Shown here piece by piece: positions 1-3,389 of a stretch of DNA of 3,389 bases. The notes under the pieces were generated by a model, which was not told where the DNA came from, did not search any database, and was given only the letters and a program-made list of their open reading frames with translations. A program made the position numbers and the translations under genes. This DNA is from a virus (lineage: Duplodnaviria; Heunggongvirae; Uroviricota; Caudoviricetes). How positions within the stretch are numbered: position 1 is the first letter of the stretch; each line of letters begins with the position of its first letter. The stretch lies in IMG/VR virus record IMGVR_UViG_2693429642_000028; one strand, 5' to 3'.

Positions 1-315
1 GACAGTCTCCGGAAGACGGTTGTTGCGCACGTATTCGGTGAACGCACTATGGCGACGCTGGGGCGTCTTATGAGCCTGCTGTCACCCTTTGACGTGGTGA
101 TATGGATGACGGATGGCTGGCCGCTGTATGAATCCCGCCTGAAGGGAAAGCTGCACGTAATCAGCAAGCGATATACGCAGCGAATTGAGCGGCATAACCT
201 GAATCTGAGGCAGCACCTGGCACGGCTGGGACGGAAGTCGCTGTCGTTCTCAAAATCGGTGGAGCTGCATGACAAAGTCATCGGGCATTATCTGAACATA
301 AAACACTATCAATAA
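1..315 (+). CDS. insB: IS1 transposase InsB (C-terminal portion of InsAB'), 5'-partial at window edge
   Basis: Frame 1 reads [44 protein letters not shown]…[13 protein letters not shown] with stop TAA at 313-315. This is the recognised InsB C-terminus. The 88-aa ORF in the track starts at an internal Met; the true CDS continues upstream of the window. Confidence 0.93.
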   Translation, partial: DSLRKTVVAHVFGERTMATLGRLMSLLSPFDVVIWMTDGWPLYESRLKGKLHVISKRYTQRIERHNLNLRQHLARLGRKSLSFSKSVELHDKVIGHYLNIKHYQ

Positions 316-330
316 GTTGGAGTCATTACC
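308..330 (+). repeat. IS1 terminal inverted repeat (right end of element)
   Basis: Reverse complement of 308-330 is GGTAATGACTCCAACTTATTGAT, the 23-bp IS1 terminal IR. The IS1/host junction is therefore at 330/331. Confidence 0.85.
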
Positions 331-447
331 GTGAGCTTCTTCGCCTTCGGCAAGGCCTTCGAAGTATTCTTCGTAAGCCTTTTCCATGATTGTGTCAAAA
401 TCCATATCACTCACCTGAGTTTCTTTCCAGCCAGCGACGGGCACCAT
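331..447 (-). pseudogene. 3'-truncated host/prophage ORF interrupted by the IS1 insertion
   Basis: The minus-strand reading frame MVPVAGWKETQVSDMDFDTIMEKAYEEYFEGLAEGEEAH runs without a stop straight into the IS1 inverted repeat at 330 and only terminates inside IS1 (track ORF 250-447). The native C-terminus has been replaced by IS1-derived sequence. The same frame is open further upstream to ~480 without an ATG. Confidence 0.6.
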
Positions 448-643
448 TTTCGGTTTTAAACGTTTTGCTTTTGGTATACGTCATCGCGGTGAACGTACCG
501 TCCTGGTTGGGGAACACGCCACATACCAGAGATTCGCTGTTGCCAAGATCGATAGTATCCATGCTGACCTCATTTCCCCTTAACGCCGGGGTAGCGGAAC
601 AAAAACCTGCTGCATAGTTATTAAAGTTGAACCCTGCCGTCAT
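407..643 (-). CDS. Hypothetical small protein (78 aa as called) immediately downstream of the repressor; possibly the N-terminal part of one larger gene that is frameshifted and then IS1-disrupted
   Basis: ORF MTAGFNFNNYAAGF…TYTKSKTFKTENGARRWLERNSGE, with GAGG 9 nt upstream of the ATG at 643. An alternative internal start MDTIDLG… has GAGGT 4-5 nt upstream. It overlaps the IS1-truncated ORF by 41 bp in a different frame. I do not recognise the family. Confidence 0.4.
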   Translation of the reverse strand: MTAGFNFNNYAAGFCSATPALRGNEVSMDTIDLGNSESLVCGVFPNQDGTFTAMTYTKSKTFKTENGARRWLERNSGE

Positions 644-741
644 GTTCTTACGCCTCGGGCTGGCTACTTAACCCCTGACCACTGCCTGGTAACTCGAAGT
701 ATTGCCCTGCATTCTGTGGGGTGGGGAGAGGGAATGAATGA

Positions 742-770
742 AGTTTAGAAAAATGAACTTTTCAGGTCAA
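742..770 (-). promoter_or_regulatory. Candidate sigma70 promoter (minus strand) for the ORF starting at 643
   Basis: Minus-strand TTGACC (plus 765-770), a 17-nt spacer, then TAAACT (plus 742-747). Hexamer match only; no experimental support. Confidence 0.2.
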
Positions 771-854
771 TGTTTTTTTATCAAAACATTTTAAGCAGGC
801 AGCTGTTAAGCCATCACCACGATGGCATACAGTTAATCAAATAGATGAGGTCGG

Positions 855-1493
855 TTAAATATCTTGTTGAATTTTAAAGCATACGCCCAATATGCAAGAT
901 AGATCATCCAGCATAATTGAAGGGTAGCGAGGATTCGTGGGGACTAAAAGAATATCCGGCCCTTCTATCTCCAGTTTACGAATGACAGGTGTTGTGGTCC
1001 CTTTGGGTAAGGCAAGGACAATATTTCCTGGTTGTACGGTTCGATCGGGATCAACAAAAACTGTTGAACCATTTGGGATGGAAACTCCCCCACCAGATGT
1101 TGACATACTGTCACTCTCTAGAACAACTGCAAAGGTATTGGCCGGGATTTCTCCGACAAGCTGCACACAAGAGGTTATTGAGGAATTTTTCATATAATCA
1201 CTCCAGCTTGCTGCCTGCTGAAGTGATAGTAGCGGAACCGTTTTTATCGGCGGTAAAGATAGATCAAGCGAATCACCTGTATTTAACTCTCCTCCATTAA
1301 GAAGCCAATTTTCGTTTACTTTCAATATTTTTGCCAGTGAACTTATGTAACGCGAGGACGGCGCTCCTCCACCGTTCATCCATTGACTTACGGAGCCTTT
1401 TGATGCGCCAGTGGCATTGACAAGGTCTTTGCCTTTCAGGTTTAGCGCATGCATACGTTGGGTTATGCGTTCAGATATTGTTTGCTTGCTCAT
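855..1493 (-). CDS. CI/LexA-like prophage repressor: N-terminal XRE-type HTH plus C-terminal S24 (LexA-like) peptidase domain
   Basis: 212-aa ORF. The N-terminus carries an HTH-like segment (…GKDLVNATGASKGSVSQWMNG…). The C-terminus aligns by eye with lambda cI: ESDSM vs EGNSM (catalytic Ser), FVDPDRTVQPGNIV vs LVDPEQAVEPGDFC, VIRKLE vs FKKLIR (catalytic Lys), LVPTNPRYPSIM vs LQPLNPQYPMIP. It is divergent from the rightward early genes. No Shine-Dalgarno precedes the ATG. Confidence 0.93.
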   Translation of the reverse strand: MSKQTISERITQRMHALNLKGKDLVNATGASKGSVSQWMNGGGAPSSRYISSLAKILKVNENWLLNGGELNTGDSLDLSLPPIKTVPLLSLQQAASWSDYMKNSSITSCVQLVGEIPANTFAVVLESDSMSTSGGGVSIPNGSTVFVDPDRTVQPGNIVLALPKGTTTPVIRKLEIEGPDILLVPTNPRYPSIMLDDLSCILGVCFKIQQDI

Positions 1494-1556
1494 GTTTTGA
1501 TTTTAAAACACAGATGGTTTTGTTTCTTGACTTTCTTTGGTTTTGATTATTAAACT
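1493..1556. promoter_or_regulatory. Divergent immunity-region operator/promoter: three GTTTTG-initiated sites at 23-bp spacing, with PRM-like and PR-like promoter candidates
   Basis: GTTTTG occurs at 1494, 1517 and 1540, exactly 23 bp apart. Site 1493-1510 TGTTTTGATTTTAAAACA has 6-bp inverted arms (TGTTTT-N6-AAAACA). Site 1540-1555 GTTTTGATTATTAAAC is a close relative. A rightward -35 TTGACT lies at 1527-1532 with -10 candidates around 1548-1556. A leftward -10 TAAAAT (plus 1500-1505) sits 6 nt from the repressor ATG. Confidence 0.5.
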
Positions 1557-1584
1557 TTTGGCGTTCAGTTTTATGGAGCGACTC

Positions 1585-1827
1585 ATGAAAAAATCAGAAG
1601 TATTAGGCTATTTTGGCGGAGTTGTTAAAACAGCCGCAGCTCTAGGAACGTCAAAAACCACAGTCAGCATGTGGGGGGAAGAGGTTCCGTGGAAATGGGC
1701 GTTGCTAATTCAGGCAGTCACTGCCGGGGCGCTCAAATATGAGTTACACATACCGACGGTTGTCATTCCCGGTTCTGATCATAATCCGCCTTCTAACCAA
1801 GGGGGGATTCATGAAAATCAAGCATGA
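1585..1827 (+). CDS. Cro-like HTH early regulator (YdaS-like)
   Basis: MKKSEVLGYFGGVVKTAAALGTSKTTVSMWGEEVPWKW… has a Cro/CI-type HTH signature (AAALGTSKTTVSMW). GGAG lies 7 nt upstream of the ATG at 1585. It is the first gene transcribed divergently from the repressor. The track ORF starts further upstream (1537, and in-frame 1573), but those ATGs lack an RBS. Confidence 0.8.
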   Translation: MKKSEVLGYFGGVVKTAAALGTSKTTVSMWGEEVPWKWALLIQAVTAGALKYELHIPTVVIPGSDHNPPSNQGGIHENQA

Positions 1828-2236
1828 ACACATCCGCATGGCGATGAATGCCTGGGCGCGTCCTGATGGCGAAAAAGTTCCGGCAGCTGGAATAACCCAG
1901 GCTTATTTTGAGTTGGGTATGACGTTTCCTGAACTGTACGACGACAGCCATCCGGAAGCCCTGGCTCGCAATACCCAGAAAATTTTCCGCTGGATAGAGA
2001 AAGACACCCCTGATGCAGTTGAAAAAATTCAGGCGTTGTTACCAGCTATCGAAAAAGCAATGCCACCTCTGCTGGTGGCCCGAATGCGCAGTCATAGCTC
2101 AGCCTATTTTCGGGAACTAGTGGAGACGCGGGAGCGACTGGTGAGAGACGCTGATGATTTTGTCGCAGTGGCAATCGCCGGTTTCAATCAGATGAACCGT
2201 GGTGGCCCGGCAGGAAATGCTGTGGCAGTGCATTGA
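1811..2236 (+). CDS. YdaT-like early regulatory protein (reported functional analogue of CII), ~141 aa
   Basis: Start ATG at 1811 is preceded by a strong SD (AAGGGGGG) and overlaps the Cro-like stop by 17 nt. The N-terminus MKIKHEHI… and the ~140-aa size match my recollection of the YdaT family, which follows a Cro-like YdaS gene in Rac/CP-933P-type prophages. Family membership was not verified by search. Confidence 0.75.
   Translation: MKIKHEHIRMAMNAWARPDGEKVPAAGITQAYFELGMTFPELYDDSHPEALARNTQKIFRWIEKDTPDAVEKIQALLPAIEKAMPPLLVARMRSHSSAYFRELVETRERLVRDADDFVAVAIAGFNQMNRGGPAGNAVAVH
2071..2078 (+). other. Chi octamer GCTGGTGG
   Basis: Exact match to the E. coli Chi recombination hotspot sequence on the plus strand, inside the YdaT-like CDS. 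A single occurrence may be chance. Confidence 0.7.
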
Positions 2237-2306
2237 GTGATAATAGCCATATCGAATCGCTTCCGGCAACTCGTGAGTAAAAGATTCGGTATCAGAAGAG
2301 GTGAGT

Positions 2307-3389
2307 ATGGCTAACGCCTGGCTCAGATTATGGCATGACATGCCAAATGACCCTAAGTGGCGAACAATTGCCAGAGTGTCAGGGCAGCCAATTGCAACAG
2401 TGATGGCAGTGTATATCCACCTCCTGGTGAGCGCGTCACGAAATGTCACGCGAGGTCACATTGATGTCACGACAGAAGATTTGGCAAGTGCGCTCGACGT
2501 GACAGAAGAGGTAATTGATTCAATTTTGCAGACGATGCAGGGGCGGGTACTTGATGGTGATTTAATCACTGGATGGGAAAAACGCCAGGTGCTTAAAGAG
2601 GACAACGGCAATATTTCGCAAACCGCAAAATCTCCTGCAGAGCGCAAGAGGGCGCAGCGAGAGAGGGAAAGAAAGCGGGAACAAAATGGCGATTGTCACG
2701 GCGCGTCACGAAATGTCACGCACATGTCACGACGAGTCACGACAGATAAAGATACAGATAAAGATACAGATAAAGATACAGATCAAGAAGATCAAAACAC
2801 TATGGTCCATGGCGTAAAAAACGCCACGAACCAGGCAGGGGATGTTCAGACCGTCAATCTTGGTCAGCCAGCAGGCACGACACCGGAAGCCGATTCAGCG
2901 TATGCGCTGAAAGCCGATTCGGGCGCTGTGCAGCAGGTGATGACCGCAAGGCCGGAGCAATCACACCAACTGCAGCAGCCCGAAGCCGATTCCGCCATTC
3001 AGCGGGAAGCCGATCGGGTAGTCCCGGAAAACACCGGGCAGTCTGTGGGACGAGTGGATTATCCGGATGTGTTCGAACAGGTCTGGCGGGAGTACCCGTT
3101 GCGTGCCGGAGCAAACCCGAAGAAATCCGCTTTCAGTGCCTGGAAGGCCAGATTACGCGAGGGGGTGCCACCAGAAGCCATGCTGGATGGCGTGAGGCGT
3201 TACGCAAGATACTTGGCGGCTACCGGGAAAACGGGAACGGAATTTGTTCAGCGAGCGACGACGTTTTTTGGACCGGACCGGAATTTTGAGAACCCCTGGT
3301 TGCTCCCGGTAAGCGGCACGAACAACCAGCGTTGTGTGAATCATATTTCTGAACCGGATAACGAAATTCCGCCGGGCTTCAGGGGGTAA
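2307..3389 (+). CDS. Phage replication initiation protein (lambda-O-like replisome organizer), complete, 360 aa from ATG 2307
   Basis: SD AGAGGTGAG lies just upstream of ATG 2307 (the track begins at in-frame GTG 2301). The N-terminus MANAWLRLWHDMPNDPKWRTIARVSG… resembles the N-terminal DNA-binding domain of phage replication initiators. The middle is a charged low-complexity linker (…ERKRAQRERERKREQ…TDKDTDKDTDKDTD…). The C-terminal domain carries DYPDVFEQVWREYP…AFSAWKARL. Position after Cro/CII-like genes fits the lambdoid O slot. Stop TAA at 3387-3389. Confidence 0.85.
   Translation: MANAWLRLWHDMPNDPKWRTIARVSGQPIATVMAVYIHLLVSASRNVTRGHIDVTTEDLASALDVTEEVIDSILQTMQGRVLDGDLITGWEKRQVLKEDNGNISQTAKSPAERKRAQRERERKREQNGDCHGASRNVTHMSRRVTTDKDTDKDTDKDTDQEDQNTMVHGVKNATNQAGDVQTVNLGQPAGTTPEADSAYALKADSGAVQQVMTARPEQSHQLQQPEADSAIQREADRVVPENTGQSVGRVDYPDVFEQVWREYPLRAGANPKKSAFSAWKARLREGVPPEAMLDGVRRYARYLAATGKTGTEFVQRATTFFGPDRNFENPWLLPVSGTNNQRCVNHISEPDNEIPPGFRG
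2431..2471 (+). repeat. Iteron cluster 1: four GTCAC(G/A) repeats at 10-11-bp phasing inside the replication gene
   Basis: GTCACG at 2435, 2445 and 2466, and GTCACA at 2455. The 21-mer GCGCGTCACGAAATGTCACGC (2431-2451) is identical to 2701-2721. An inverted copy CGTGAC lies at 2498-2503. Confidence 0.6.
2695..2746 (+). repeat. Iteron cluster 2: five GTCACG repeats at 10-11-bp phasing
   Basis: GTCACG at 2695, 2705, 2715, 2726 and 2736 (spacings 10, 10, 11, 10). It is immediately followed by the A-rich tandem repeat. The last unit GTCACGACAGA is shared with the end of cluster 1 (2466-2476). Confidence 0.65.
2742..2789 (+). repeat. 12-bp direct tandem repeat ACAGATAAAGAT: three perfect copies plus a degenerate fourth (ACAGATCAAGAA)
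   Basis: Read directly: perfect copies at 2742-2753, 2754-2765 and 2766-2777, degenerate copy at 2778-2789. In frame it encodes (TDKD)n in the linker of the replication protein. Two GATC sites at 2782-2785 and 2790-2793. Confidence 0.9.

Larger units (their letters stand above)
1..330 (+). mobile_element. IS1 insertion sequence, right-hand ~330 bp; the window starts inside the element, so the left part is not visible
   Basis: Positions 1-330 match, from memory, the 3' portion of the 768-bp IS1 element (…GACAGTCTCCGGAAGACGGTTGTTGCGCACG… through …AAACACTATCAATAAGTTGGAGTCATTACC). The translation is the InsB C-terminus and the element ends in the characteristic terminal inverted repeat at 308-330. 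Confidence 0.95.
2691..2800. other. Putative prophage origin of replication (iterons plus adjacent A/T-rich repeat tract) embedded in the initiator gene
   Basis: The architecture (phased iterons followed by an A/T-rich tract, located in the linker-coding part of the initiator gene) parallels ori-lambda inside gene O. This is an inference from architecture only. Confidence 0.5.

Noticed and set aside
342-364. Hairpin/palindrome GCCTTCGGCAAGGC and CTTCGAAG next to the IS1 junction
   Set aside because: It lies within the coding frame of the IS1-truncated ORF (encoding EGLAEGEE) and is most simply explained by codon repetition rather than a regulatory or target-site structure.
390-617. Plus-strand 75-aa ORF
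   Set aside because: It lies entirely antisense to the minus-strand ORFs in the repressor-downstream slot, has no RBS and no recognisable features. Most likely a shadow ORF.
769-790. Inverted repeat AATGTTTT-N6-AAAACATT as an intrinsic terminator for the repressor gene
   Set aside because: The stem is entirely A/T and there is no GC-rich stem followed by a U-tract on the minus strand, so this is a poor rho-independent terminator candidate.
937-1300. Two plus-strand ORFs (86 and 103 aa) inside the repressor region
   Set aside because: They are antisense to a repressor CDS strongly supported by HTH and S24 motifs, and have no independent start signals.
1537-1584. Upstream in-frame starts (1537 and 1573) for the Cro-like gene
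   Set aside because: Neither has a Shine-Dalgarno sequence, and using them would place coding sequence over the predicted -10 region and operators. ATG 1585 with GGAG at -7 is preferred.
1739-1810. Upstream start (1739) for the YdaT-like gene
   Set aside because: ATG 1811 has a strong AGGGGGG RBS and the expected MKIKHEHI N-terminus. The extension would overlap the Cro-like gene by 89 bp.
2413-2421. DnaA-box-like sequence ATATCCACC
   Set aside because: Only 7 of 9 matches to TTATCCACA and a single copy, so not enough to call a DnaA box.
2431-2746. Possibility that the GTCACG repeats are a CRISPR array
   Set aside because: Repeat units are only 6-10 bp with about 4-5-bp spacers, lie inside an open reading frame, and show helical phasing typical of iterons.
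2117-3344. Four minus-strand ORFs (110, 63, 86 and 63 aa) overlapping the YdaT-like and replication genes
   Set aside because: They are antisense to well-supported plus-strand CDSs, with no RBS or recognisable motifs. Treated as shadow ORFs.

Overview
This window is the junction between the right-hand end of an IS1 insertion sequence (1-330) and the immunity/early-replication region of a lambdoid-type prophage. IS1 has inserted into a minus-strand gene that lies directly downstream of a CI/LexA-family repressor (855-1493, minus). A ~90-bp divergent operator/promoter region (1494-1584) separates the repressor from a rightward early operon: a Cro-like HTH protein (1585-1827), a YdaT-like CII-analogue (1811-2236) and an O-like replication initiator (2307-3389). 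The replication gene carries two clusters of helically phased GTCACG iterons plus an adjacent A-rich 12-bp tandem repeat, which I read as an origin of replication embedded in the gene. There is no rRNA, tRNA or CRISPR array. I do not see a clear-cut novel multi-gene system. The two most open questions are the identity of the IS1-interrupted gene in the repressor-downstream (rex/moron-like) slot, and the absence of any canonical Ala-Gly/Cys-Gly autocleavage site in an otherwise intact S24 repressor. All assignments come from reading the translations and sequence motifs from memory; no database search or computation was run.
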